NCBI GenBank assembly: GCA_037142615.1
Contig: JBAXAI010000001.1
Location: forward strand, 160,001 to 224,000
Reading direction: 5' to 3'
Source: Spirochaetales bacterium
GTDB lineage: Bacteria; Spirochaetota; Spirochaetia; JABEVK01
Length of the DNA: 64,000 nt
This document shows, one piece after another, positions 55,672-64,000 of this stretch. The translations under genes and the position numbers were made by a program. Under the pieces are notes generated by a model. That model saw only the letters and a list, made by a program, of their open reading frames with translations, did no database searches and was not told the origin of the DNA. The number at the start of each line of letters is the position of its first letter. The stretch's first letter is position 1.

Positions 55672-57387
55672 TCAAGTTCCTCCCGTCGGTTTTTCTATCT
55701 TTCTTTTGGGCGCTTCCAGCAGCATAGCCCTCAGGCTGGCACCGGCCGGGATCATTGGAAATACGTTGTCGTGTTTTTCGACTTCGGCCTCGATAATGCA
55801 GGGCCCATCGTTGTAGGCGAGGGCGGCACGAAGGATTTTCTTCACGTCGGCAGAGCGTCGGATTCGGAACGCCTTTACTCCATACGCCTGCCCAAGTTTC
55901 ACGAAGTCCGGATTTCCCTCAAGATCGACGCCCGACAAACGATCGTCGTAGAACATATTCTGCCATTGACGGACCATTCCTAAGTAGCGGTTGTTGATAA
56001 TCAGGATCTTCACCGGCAACTTGTTGTTTGCCGCAGTGGAAAGCTCCGACAAAGTCATCTGGAACCCACCATCACCGACGATGGCGACTACCGTTTCACC
56101 CGGACGACCGAGTTGTGCTCCGATGGCTGCCGGAAAGCCATAGCCCATGGTGCCTGCACCCCCTGAGGAGATCCAGTTGAAACGCTGGTCGGTCAGGTAG
56201 AACTGAGCAGCCCACATCTGATGCTGGCCGACATCAGTGGTTACAACAGCCTTACCCTTCGTCAGTTTGTACATTTCCTCGATGACATGCTGCGCACGTA
56301 GGCGGCCCTCTTTCTTGAAATGAAGGGGAAACTCCCGCTTCCATCGCTTGACCTGCTTGGTCCAGGGTGCCACGTCGCCGCGTTCCAAGTGGGGCAACAA
56401 AGCCTGAAGAACTTGTTTGGCGTCTCCGAGCAAGGCGCAATCGACCTCCACGACCTTGTTGATCTCAGCTGGGTCGATATCGACGTGGATGATCACAGCG
56501 TTTTCGCCGAAGTCAGCATAGCTGCCGACAATTCGGTCATCGAATCTCGACCCTATTGAGAAGATGAGGTCCGCATCGACCATCGCTTTGTTGGCGTAAG
56601 CGGTACCATGCATTCCAAGCATGCCAAGACTGAGCTCGTGGCTCTCGGGGAAAGCGCCTTTTCCGAGGAGGGTATTCGTAACAGGAACCTGAAGTATTTC
56701 CACCATTCGAGCCAATTCGTCCTGGCAACCCGAGATGATCGCACCATTACCGACGAGCAAGATAGGGCGCTTGGCGGCCTTGAGGAGTTGGGCCGCCCGG
56801 GTTACCTCGGGAATCGACGGCGGACCTGGTATGCTGTAACCGGGAAGTTGAAACGGCGCTTCGGTTTCATATTCCAAGAGCGCACTGGCGATATTCTTGG
56901 GGAGGTCGACGAGAACCGGGCCGGGCCGGCCGGAACGTGCCAGATGAAAAGCCTCCCGAACGATGCGGGGGAGGTCCGCGACGTTCTTGACCAGATACGA
57001 GTGCTTGACGACCGGCTGGGTGATTCCGAAGATATCGGCTTCTTGAAAGGCGTCCAGCCCAAGGTTCCAGGTTGGGGTCTGGCCGCTGATCACCACCATG
57101 GGAACCGAATCCAAGAGTGCAGTGAAGAGGCCCGTTATGGCGTTGGTGGCTCCCGGTCCGGAGGTGACAAGTGCAACCCCCACTTTTCCTGTGGCCCTGG
57201 CGTAGCCATCCGCCATGTGGGTGGCTCCCTGCTCATGGCGGGTCAGGATGAGCTGGATACTGCGGCCGACAAGTGCGTCGAAAACGGGAATTGCAGCCCC
57301 ACCCGGCAGTCCGAAGATGTACTCAACCCCTTCCTGAATCATGACATCGATCAAAGCGTCGGCGCCGGTACGCTCCGGATTGGACAT
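55672..57387 (-). CDS. ilvB: Biosynthetic acetolactate synthase large subunit
   Basis: [49 protein letters not shown] and [17 protein letters not shown] precedes ATG 57387. Confidence 0.97.
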   Translation of the reverse strand: MSNPERTGADALIDVMIQEGVEYIFGLPGGAAIPVFDALVGRSIQLILTRHEQGATHMADGYARATGKVGVALVTSGPGATNAITGLFTALLDSVPMVVISGQTPTWNLGLDAFQEADIFGITQPVVKHSYLVKNVADLPRIVREAFHLARSGRPGPVLVDLPKNIASALLEYETEAPFQLPGYSIPGPPSIPEVTRAAQLLKAAKRPILLVGNGAIISGCQDELARMVEILQVPVTNTLLGKGAFPESHELSLGMLGMHGTAYANKAMVDADLIFSIGSRFDDRIVGSYADFGENAVIIHVDIDPAEINKVVEVDCALLGDAKQVLQALLPHLERGDVAPWTKQVKRWKREFPLHFKKEGRLRAQHVIEEMYKLTKGKAVVTTDVGQHQMWAAQFYLTDQRFNWISSGGAGTMGYGFPAAIGAQLGRPGETVVAIVGDGGFQMTLSELSTAANNKLPVKILIINNRYLGMVRQWQNMFYDDRLSGVDLEGNPDFVKLGQAYGVKAFRIRRSADVKKILRAALAYNDGPCIIEAEVEKHDNVFPMIPAGASLRAMLLEAPKRKIEKPTGGT

Positions 57388-57438
57388 GGTAACCTCCAAA
57401 AAGAATCGCAAAGTGATGCAATTCCTCACTACGTGCCA

Positions 57439-57467
57439 AGTGTGGAGAAGAAAAACGTCTTGGTCAA
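57439..57467 (-). promoter_or_regulatory. Possible ilvB promoter TTGACC-N17-CACACT
   Basis: Reverse complement of AGTGTG (57439-57444) and GGTCAA (57462-57467). Confidence 0.45.
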
Positions 57468-57586
57468 GGGCAATATGACCTAGTTTGAGCGCAGGCGTAA
57501 CAGAAAGTGAACGCAAAAATGGCAAAATGCAAAGAAGTCCGAGTGAGACACCGGCAAAACCTAGTCTCGATGCAAGGGCATACCTC

Positions 57587-57615
57587 TTGAACTTTGGCTA
57601 TCTGACAAGTAGTCT
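57587..57615 (+). promoter_or_regulatory. Promoter TTGAAC-N17-TAGTCT, 6 nt upstream of the SET gene ATG
   Basis: Hexamers at 57587-57592 and 57610-57615. ATG 57622 has no SD. Confidence 0.6.
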
Positions 57616-57621
57616 GGTGCT

Positions 57622-58236
57622 ATGGCAGAAGCTTCGCAGATCTTTTACCAAGCACAGGAGTTCTTCCGTGCGCAGGGACTTGTCTACCTCAGAAGATCCC
57701 GAGTCGCAGCGCCCGAAGTGCTGGCGTACGATTGGGCTGACTCGCCCTACGCGCACTCCAACCGCGACGAGTTTGATTCGTTGACATCCCGCTATGGCGA
57801 CGCACTGAGAGCAGGCGAAACGGCGCCGCTCTGTCTTGCCGACGCCGGAGCTGGAATCGGCTGGGGAGTTTTCGCCTCGGCACCGCTGCTCGAAGGGGCC
57901 TTGGTCGGTGAGTACTCAGGGGTGATACAGAGTTTGACCGACGCGCCGGCCGATGCGCAGGTGGGGGGGCACTTCCTCTCAGACTATTCTTGGAACTATC
58001 CCGATGAACTTCCGGATGGGTCAGCGTTCGAGGTGAATGCCTTCTACGAGGGAAACCATCTTCGCTACGTGAATCATTCGTCAAAACCAAACTGTGCGGT
58101 CGATCACACGCTCGTCGATGGTTTGTTCGTCACTTTTTTTCGAGTGACCGAACCAATACCCGTAGGTGGGCAGTTGTTCGTCGACTACGGAGACGAATAT
58201 TGGTCTGGTGGCTTCCGACAAGTGGTTGACCTATGA
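57622..58236 (+). CDS. SET-domain protein-lysine N-methyltransferase
   Basis: GIGWGVFA, LVGEYSG, RYVNHSSKPN and QLFVDYGDEYW. No post-SET cysteines and no signal peptide. Confidence 0.92.
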   Translation: MAEASQIFYQAQEFFRAQGLVYLRRSRVAAPEVLAYDWADSPYAHSNRDEFDSLTSRYGDALRAGETAPLCLADAGAGIGWGVFASAPLLEGALVGEYSGVIQSLTDAPADAQVGGHFLSDYSWNYPDELPDGSAFEVNAFYEGNHLRYVNHSSKPNCAVDHTLVDGLFVTFFRVTEPIPVGGQLFVDYGDEYWSGGFRQVVDL

Positions 58237-58901
58237 ACCAAGCTCAACGGGACCTCATGCTTTGGACGGGCCTGGTCGGGTTCTTCTACGCTGTCGGATT
58301 GGTAGCACATGCTATTGACCTGCTTCGGCCCTGGATGCTGCTGCTGACACCCGGATTTTTGCTCGTAGCCGGTGGAGTGATCGTCTTTCGTCATCTACAG
58401 ACGGCCGACGTCTGGCCTTTCTGGTTTTGGTTCGTGCCTGTGAGCATCCTGACGTTTGGAATGGAGGTTCTGGGAGTCGCCACCGGGCTCGTCTTCGGAC
58501 CCTACCACTACACCAACGCGTTGGGCCCTTCTCTTGCGGGTGTACCGCTCTTGATTGGACTCAATTGGGTACTCGTCGTCGTCGGATCACTCGTCGGTGT
58601 ACGCGCTCTTGCTCCGACGTGGCCCCCCGTGGCCACAGCACTGATTTCCGGCCTGGCCTGCATCGCCTTTGACCTGTTGCTTGAACCTGTTGCCGTCCAC
58701 TTGGGCTACTGGGTTTGGGACGTTCCCGAAATCCCGCTCCAGAACTACCTGGCCTGGGGGGGCATCGGGGCGCTCGCAGCTTACTGGGGGGCGAGGGTAC
58801 TTCCACGGCGAGGTTCTGCCATCCTGGCTTGGTACACGATCATTCAGACGGCGTTCTTCGCCGGCATCGACGTTTGGATACTCATTGGGTGGATTCCTTG
58901 A
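58233..58901 (+). CDS. cruF: CruF/DUF422 carotenoid 1,2-hydratase family membrane protein
   Basis: EVLGVATGLVFGPYHYT..LGP..GVPLLIGLNW, FDLLLEPVA..GYWVW and IPLQNYLAW; multiple TMs. Confidence 0.85.
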   Translation: MNQAQRDLMLWTGLVGFFYAVGLVAHAIDLLRPWMLLLTPGFLLVAGGVIVFRHLQTADVWPFWFWFVPVSILTFGMEVLGVATGLVFGPYHYTNALGPSLAGVPLLIGLNWVLVVVGSLVGVRALAPTWPPVATALISGLACIAFDLLLEPVAVHLGYWVWDVPEIPLQNYLAWGGIGALAAYWGARVLPRRGSAILAWYTIIQTAFFAGIDVWILIGWIP

Positions 58902-59701
58902 CGAAGTGGGCAATGCTAGGATTTTTGCTTCCTTCGCTGTTGGCCGGCCAACCCCAGGCGCCAGTGCTGGCCTTGGCCGTGTCGCCCGACTCAAGATGGC
59001 TGGCTACCGGTTCGCTTTCCGGGCAGGTCAAAGTGCGGGACCTTCGGACCGGTGAACTCGTCCATGCCGGCCTGGCGCCCGCTGGTGTGCGGGGTCTTTC
59101 CTTTGAGTCGGAGTTCACGCTCAAAATCGCTCTGAGTGGACGTTTGCAGGCAAGTTGGTCCTTCACCGGACCCCACGCGGTTGAGCTGGACTCACTTCGT
59201 TTTGTGGCACAGCCTTTGGGTTTGCCGGGGACGGAAAGTGACACGTTGTCGATGAGCGAAAACAAGGACCTCTCACTCGTCGCAGCGGTCCGGGCTATCG
59301 GGGTTCTGGAAGTTCGGGGAACGGACGGCAACCTGCGCGCATCGGTGCCTTTTGCGGGCCGTCAGGTGGTTTGGCTTGGCGACGCCCTGTTGGTCGTCAG
59401 CGTCGAGGGCGATTTGGTGCTGTGGTCGAGCGACTTGAAGTCTCCGGGCACCCCGCTGATGACCGGTGTGACGGCGTTGGCCTCAAGCGGCCAGCACTGG
59501 GTCGCCGGGACCCGCTTTGGCGAGCTCTGGACCGGCGAACGGGAGACTTCCGCTGCACCTCGTCATTGGAAGTCGCACCAAGGTACCGTGAATGCTGTCG
59601 CCTGGGGATCCCCAGGTCATTTCGTGTCGGCAGGAGGCGATTCACAGGTAATACTGTGGGACGCCGCCACCGGGCGGAAACTGGGAAATGTCTCTCCTTG
59701 A
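58898..59701 (+). CDS. WD40-repeat protein, probably exported
   Basis: TTG overlaps the cruF stop. VLALAVSPDSRWLATGSLSGQVKVRDL and SHQGTVNAVAW..FVSAGGDSQVILWD. Confidence 0.8.
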   Translation: MTKWAMLGFLLPSLLAGQPQAPVLALAVSPDSRWLATGSLSGQVKVRDLRTGELVHAGLAPAGVRGLSFESEFTLKIALSGRLQASWSFTGPHAVELDSLRFVAQPLGLPGTESDTLSMSENKDLSLVAAVRAIGVLEVRGTDGNLRASVPFAGRQVVWLGDALLVVSVEGDLVLWSSDLKSPGTPLMTGVTALASSGQHWVAGTRFGELWTGERETSAAPRHWKSHQGTVNAVAWGSPGHFVSAGGDSQVILWDAATGRKLGNVSP

Positions 59702-59729
59702 ACCGATTTAGGACCGAAGTTTCGTCGGA

Positions 59730-59758
59730 TTGACATTCAGATTCTTCCATGCAATGCT
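59730..59758 (+). promoter_or_regulatory. Possible glgP promoter TTGACA-N17-AATGCT (TG extension)
   Basis: Hexamers at 59730-59735 and 59753-59758. Confidence 0.45.
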
Positions 59759-59782
59759 GATTTGTCCTTCAAGGAGACCCTC

Positions 59783-62233
59783 ATGAAGATCGACAAGGTC
59801 AAGTTCAAAGAAGGGGTAGTTGGCCGACTGAAACGCCACTTCGGCAAGCGGCTCGAAGAAGCCTCATCCCAAGAAATCTATTCTGTCGTGTCCGATACGG
59901 CTATGGAACTCATCCTCGACAACTGGCTCGAAACCAGGAGAGTCACGGTGGAACAGGGGGGCAAGCAGGCGTTCTATCTGTCTGCGGAGTTCCTGATGGG
60001 ACGAGCTCTCAGCAACAACCTTGTCAATCTCGTCGCGGAAGGCGATGTGCGGGAAGTGCTCGCCGAGTTGGGGGTCGATTACAACGCGGTGGAAGACAGA
60101 GAGTCCGATGCCGGCCTCGGCAATGGTGGTCTCGGAAGACTGGCCGCGTGTTTTCTCGATTCGCTGGCGACACTCGATTTACCCGGACATGGCTATGGGA
60201 TCCGATACCGCTATGGGATGTTTCAACAGAAGATCGAGAACGGCTTTCAGATTGAAAAGCCGGAATTGTGGCTCGACGAACGTGATCCTTGGGGAATCCG
60301 GCGCGCCGACCAGGCCGTGATTGTCAAGTTTGGCGGGCACGTTGTCATCCACAAGGATGCCGAGGGCAAAGAGCACTACATCCGCGTCAATTCCGAGGAC
60401 ATCCGGGCCGTGCCCTACGATACGCCCATTGTGGGCTACGACACAAAAACCGTGAACACCCTGAGGTTGTGGGAGTCCGAGGCAGTCGAAGGTTTCGACC
60501 TGCAGTTGTTCAACGAAATGCAATATCAGCGGTCGGTAGAACGGGCAAACGCTGCCGAAGACATCAGTCGGGTGCTTTACCCCAACGATTCGGGACCTCA
60601 GGGCAAGGCTCTCCGCCTCCGCCAGCAGTATTTCTTTGTCTCTGCCTCGTTGCAGGACATCGTTCTCAACTTCAAAAAGAAGTACGGCGACGATTTCAGC
60701 CTCTTCCCCTCCAAGGTGGCTATCCAGCTCAACGACACCCACCCGGTGGTGGCCATTCCCGAGTTGATGCGTTTGCTTATTGACTGGCAGAAGCTTCCTT
60801 GGGATGTGGCCTGGGACATCGTGACCCGCACTTGCGGCTACACCAACCACACTATTCTTTCGGAAGCCTTGGAGAAGTGGCCTATCGGGCTGTTCCAGGC
60901 TCAACTTCCCCGCATCACCATGGTGGTCGAAGAAATCAATCGCCGCTTCATCGAGGAACTGCGGAAGAAATATCCCAACGACTACGGCAAACACCGCCAC
61001 ATGGCCATCATCGGCGATGGTGTTGTCAAGATGGCTTGGCTGGCTATTCACGGCTCGCACTCTGTCAACGGCGTCGCTGCCCTCCACACGGAAATCCTTA
61101 AGAACCAGGAACTGAAGGACTGGTACGAGCTTTACCCCGAGAAGTTCAACAACAAGACCAACGGAGTCACTCAGCGTCGCTTCCTTTTGAAAGCCAACCC
61201 CCTGTTGTCGTCTTTGCTGAACGACAAGATTGGTTCGTCGTGGGCGAAGGATCTTTCTCAGATCCGCAAGTTCCGAGATTTCGCTGAGGATGACAAGGTT
61301 GTGGCAAAGCTCGCGGAAATCAAGCGTGCCAACAAGGTGCGTCTGTCGGAGTATTTGCAGACCACCCAAGGGATTACGCTCAATCCGGATTCTCTTTTTG
61401 ACGTGCAGGTCAAGCGGCTCCACGAATACAAGCGTCAGGTTCTCAACATTCTCCACGTGATGTACCTGTACAACCAGCTCAAGGAAAATCCCGGCAAAGC
61501 GGTGGTGCCTCGCACCTTCCTGTTTGGGGCCAAGGCGGCTTCAGGCTACCGCCGGGCCAAGAACATCATCAAGCTGATCAATACGGTAGGTTCGGTGATC
61601 AACAGTGACCCCGCCGCCAAGGGAAAACTCGAAGTACATTTCCTCGAAAACTACCGTGTTTCCTTGGCTGAGAAAATCATACCCGCAGCCGACGTTTCTG
61701 AGCAAATTTCGACCGCCGGCAAGGAAGCCTCCGGTACGGGAAACATGAAGTTCATGATGAATGGAGCCCTTACGGTCGGAACTCTGGACGGCGCCAACGT
61801 CGAAATAGCCGAGGAGGCGGGCGAGGAGAACTGCTTCATCTTTGGCCTCAAGGCTGACCAGGTGACTCGCTTGACCATGGCTCAGTCGTATAACCCGTGG
61901 TCGGTTGTCGATGAATACCCCGAAATCAAGAAGGTGATGAACCAGTTGATTGACGGGACCTACAACTTCGAGGCCTTTGATCTGTTCAAGGAACTCTACG
62001 ATTCCCTGATGTCCGGGGTCGAAGGAAATGCGCCCGACCAGTACTACGTCCTCAAGGATTTTCCCGACTACATTGAGGCTCAGAAGAAGATTGCAACGGC
62101 CTACCTGGACCAGAAGAAGTGGCACCGGATGGCGCTGATCAACATCGCGTCGAGCAGCAAGTTCTCGTCGGACCGTACGATCTCGGAATATGCCCGCGAG
62201 ATATGGGATATCAAACCGCTCAAGTGGAAGTAG
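59783..62233 (+). CDS. glgP: Glycogen/starch/alpha-glucan phosphorylase
   Basis: GLGNGGLGRLAACFLDS, QLNDTHP, KRLHEYKRQ and the PLP-lysine motif EASGTGNMKF. AAGGAG precedes ATG 59783. Confidence 0.98.
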   Translation: MKIDKVKFKEGVVGRLKRHFGKRLEEASSQEIYSVVSDTAMELILDNWLETRRVTVEQGGKQAFYLSAEFLMGRALSNNLVNLVAEGDVREVLAELGVDYNAVEDRESDAGLGNGGLGRLAACFLDSLATLDLPGHGYGIRYRYGMFQQKIENGFQIEKPELWLDERDPWGIRRADQAVIVKFGGHVVIHKDAEGKEHYIRVNSEDIRAVPYDTPIVGYDTKTVNTLRLWESEAVEGFDLQLFNEMQYQRSVERANAAEDISRVLYPNDSGPQGKALRLRQQYFFVSASLQDIVLNFKKKYGDDFSLFPSKVAIQLNDTHPVVAIPELMRLLIDWQKLPWDVAWDIVTRTCGYTNHTILSEALEKWPIGLFQAQLPRITMVVEEINRRFIEELRKKYPNDYGKHRHMAIIGDGVVKMAWLAIHGSHSVNGVAALHTEILKNQELKDWYELYPEKFNNKTNGVTQRRFLLKANPLLSSLLNDKIGSSWAKDLSQIRKFRDFAEDDKVVAKLAEIKRANKVRLSEYLQTTQGITLNPDSLFDVQVKRLHEYKRQVLNILHVMYLYNQLKENPGKAVVPRTFLFGAKAASGYRRAKNIIKLINTVGSVINSDPAAKGKLEVHFLENYRVSLAEKIIPAADVSEQISTAGKEASGTGNMKFMMNGALTVGTLDGANVEIAEEAGEENCFIFGLKADQVTRLTMAQSYNPWSVVDEYPEIKKVMNQLIDGTYNFEAFDLFKELYDSLMSGVEGNAPDQYYVLKDFPDYIEAQKKIATAYLDQKKWHRMALINIASSSKFSSDRTISEYAREIWDIKPLKWK

Positions 62234-62254
62234 TCCGGCAAACGAGGCTGGAAT

Positions 62255-62293
62255 AAAAAAGCCGTGCACGACCTTCGTCGTCACGGCTTTTTT
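62255..62293. terminator. Bidirectional intrinsic terminator between glgP and the sigma gene
   Basis: AAAAAAGCCGTGCACGAC-CTTC-GTCGTCACGGCTTTTTT, with A and T tracts on both sides. Confidence 0.9.
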
Positions 62294-62308
62294 GTTTGAT
62301 CCTAGCGG

Positions 62309-63181
62309 CTAGTTTGCAACCAGGTAGGCTTGCAACTCCCTTTCTTCCGAGGGCGTCTGCAGCTTGCCAAGAGCCTTCTTCTCGATCTGCCTGATACGCT
62401 CTTTGGTAAGGTGGAACTTTTCGCCTATTTCCTTCAGGCTCAAGGGCTTCTGGTCGTTCAGTCCGAAGCGGAGCTCAAGGATTCGCGACTCTTTCCGCGA
62501 TAGGGTTTCAAGCGCCAAGTTGAGGTTTTCCTTCAGAGACGAGACCACGGTACTTGCCTCGGGTGACTGGTGCGAAGCGTCTTCGATGAAATCACTCAGA
62601 ACCGACGTGTCACGGTCGTTGTAAACGGGAGTTTCGAGCGAAATCATTTCACGGCTGATGTCCAACAAATCGCGCACTTGGACCTCGTTCATCCCCAGGC
62701 GGCGTGCCAATTCACGGTCTTCGGGCTCATTGCCATTTTCGGAGAACATTTCCTTTCGCATCTTTTCGATCTGCACCAACTCGTTCGCGCGGTTGAGGGG
62801 CAGTCTGATGGTCCGCGACTTTTCGCAGATCGCCTTGAGAATGGACTGACGAATCCACCAGACTGCGTAGGAGATAAAGTGGTAGCCCTTGTCTACGTCA
62901 AAGCGTTCAATGGCGTTGATAAGCCCAATGTTCCCTTCGCTGATCAGATCATCCAGAGGTAGGCCCTGGTTTTGATACTTTTTGGAAACGTTGACCACAA
63001 AACGCAAGTTGGCGGCAACCAACTTGTCCTTAGCGGCTTGATTGCCGGTAGCGGCCAGACGGGCAAAGTGCTCCTCTTCCTGGCGGGTAAGCAATGGAAC
63101 CCGATTGATTTCCTTGAGGTACATCGAAAGTGAGTTTTCGCCGTCGTAGGAAACCGTGTTCATCGTCTTTCTCTTGGTCAT
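62309..63181 (-). CDS. Alternative sigma-70 family factor (RpoD/RpoS-like, regions 1.2-4, no region 1.1)
   Basis: YLKEINRVPLLT, ANLRFVV, DLISEGNIGL, FISYAVWWIRQ and LTKERIRQIEKKAL. GGAGGG precedes ATG 63181. Confidence 0.93.
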   Translation of the reverse strand: MTKRKTMNTVSYDGENSLSMYLKEINRVPLLTRQEEEHFARLAATGNQAAKDKLVAANLRFVVNVSKKYQNQGLPLDDLISEGNIGLINAIERFDVDKGYHFISYAVWWIRQSILKAICEKSRTIRLPLNRANELVQIEKMRKEMFSENGNEPEDRELARRLGMNEVQVRDLLDISREMISLETPVYNDRDTSVLSDFIEDASHQSPEASTVVSSLKENLNLALETLSRKESRILELRFGLNDQKPLSLKEIGEKFHLTKERIRQIEKKALGKLQTPSEERELQAYLVAN

Positions 63182-63211
63182 TCTTGCCCTCCCAAAGTAC
63201 CCTAATGGAGA

Positions 63212-63228
63212 AGCAAATGCCATGCCAA
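63212..63228 (-). promoter_or_regulatory. Sigma-54 (-24/-12) promoter TTGGCATGGCATTTGCT
   Basis: Matches TGGCA-N6-TTGCW with exact GG-N10-GC spacing, about 30 nt upstream of the sigma ATG. Confidence 0.85.
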
Positions 63229-63337
63229 CTTCCATCTTGTGTCGAAGGTTACCTGTTAAACAATTGCTGTATAAGCATTTAGAATATGCCTCACACCTAA
63301 CTTAGTTGGTCATGATACAATTGTATGCAATGTAATA

Positions 63338-63354
63338 TGAGTCGAAATGACGCA
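63338..63354. promoter_or_regulatory. Candidate enhancer (UAS) palindrome TGAGTC-N5-GACGCA
   Basis: Near-dyad about 110-125 bp upstream of the sigma-54 box, in an AT-rich intergenic region. Confidence 0.45.
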
Positions 63355-63445
63355 ATACGCCAAATGAGCCAACTTTTCGTGTCAAAATACCCCTCGACTC
63401 TGTTTGGAGGCAAAAAGCGGGTTGGAACGACTCACCCCGTTTTTC

Positions 63446-63474
63446 TTGACCCCTCGCAGGTGAATTGGTATATT
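63446..63474 (+). promoter_or_regulatory. Sigma-70 promoter TTGACC-N17-TATATT for groES
   Basis: Hexamers at 63446-63451 and 63469-63474, with a TG extension. Confidence 0.75.
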
Positions 63475-63507
63475 GCTACTTATCCATCATAACAAGGAGG
63501 GTATTCC

Positions 63508-63774
63508 ATGGAACTCAAGCCTCTCGGCGATCGCGTTCTCATCAAAGTCGAAGAAGCCGAAAAGAAGACGGCTTCCGGACTGTTTATTCCTGACAATGCC
63601 CAGGAAAAGACTCAGAAAGGAACGGTCGTTGCCGTTGGTACGGATAAGGACGTCATTACCGTCAAGGTCGGTCAAAAGGTCATGTACGACCAATATGCGG
63701 GTACCAAAGTGAAAGTGGGCCAGGACGAGCATCTGATCGTCAAGATGGCCGACATCCTCGCCGTCATTGAATAG
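63508..63774 (+). CDS. groES: Co-chaperonin GroES (monocistronic)
   Basis: [31 protein letters not shown] and DILAVIE. Confidence 0.98.
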   Translation: MELKPLGDRVLIKVEEAEKKTASGLFIPDNAQEKTQKGTVVAVGTDKDVITVKVGQKVMYDQYAGTKVKVGQDEHLIVKMADILAVIE

Positions 63775-63817
63775 GATACCTTACTGACAAAGCCTGCGTC
63801 AGCCAGTGCAGACGCGC

Positions 63818-63848
63818 ACACCTCCCCACCGGGAGGTGTTTTTTTTTT
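63818..63848 (+). terminator. Intrinsic terminator after groES
   Basis: ACACCTCCC-CACC-GGGAGGTGT followed by poly-T. Confidence 0.9.
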
Positions 63849-63870
63849 CGGGAAACCGTAGAATACGAGC

Positions 63871-64000
63871 ATGATTTCACCTTCCAGACCGGTCGAGCGC
63901 TTGCAAGCGGTGCAGAACCGAGTAGAAAGAGCAGCCGAGGCAAGCGGTCGGAAGGCCCACGAAATCGAGCTTCTTGCGGTAACCAAGATGCGGAAGGTGC
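63871..64000 (+). CDS. yggS: YggS family PLP-binding protein, N-terminal part (runs off the window)
   Basis: Not in the ORF track. Manual translation gives MISPSRPVERLQAVQNRVERAAEASGRKAHEIELLAVTK, with the PLP-lysine motif LLAVTK. Confidence 0.85.
   Translation, partial: MISPSRPVERLQAVQNRVERAAEASGRKAHEIELLAVTKMRKV

Noticed and set aside
60179-62284. Antisense ORFs opposite glgP
   Set aside because: Shadow ORFs; glgP is unambiguous.
63508-63848. groES without an adjacent groEL
   Set aside because: Separated groES and groEL are usual in Treponema/Borrelia-type spirochetes.

Overview
Gene-dense, high-GC, mostly core-genome segment of a free-living spirochete. The FlaA sequence closely resembles, from recall, that of Spirochaeta aurantia, and several gene orders match Treponema. 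I found no CRISPR array, rRNA, prophage, IS element or integrase. Housekeeping genes: mutS2 (partial), uvrA, an LptD-like gene, phoH-ybeY-corC, gap-pgk-tpiA-secG, a SurA-like PPIase, nusB, map, htrA, xseAB, flaA, tex, tRNA-Val(TAC), ilvBN, glgP, an alternative sigma-70-family factor, groES and yggS (partial). Best candidates for an undescribed system: (1) a FadL-like (UPF0164) outer-membrane barrel, a ~1080-aa periplasmic helical/TPR protein and a 1579-aa three-TM HAMP-PP2C phosphatase, which together could form a trans-envelope signalling relay; (2) a spiro-SPASM (inactive radical SAM) / cytidylyltransferase / PseG-methyltransferase / ATP-grasp operon running into amidase-GerMN-flaA; (3) a leaderless SET-domain + CruF carotenoid hydratase + WD40 operon; (4) a sigma-54 promoter with a candidate enhancer driving the alternative sigma factor; (5) a pseudo-TIR-ankyrin protein. 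Patterns read directly from the DNA include recurrent leaderless starts, two probable CTG starts, and -35 TTGACA boxes built on the upstream gene's TGA stop. All family calls come from motif recognition by eye; no database searches were run.
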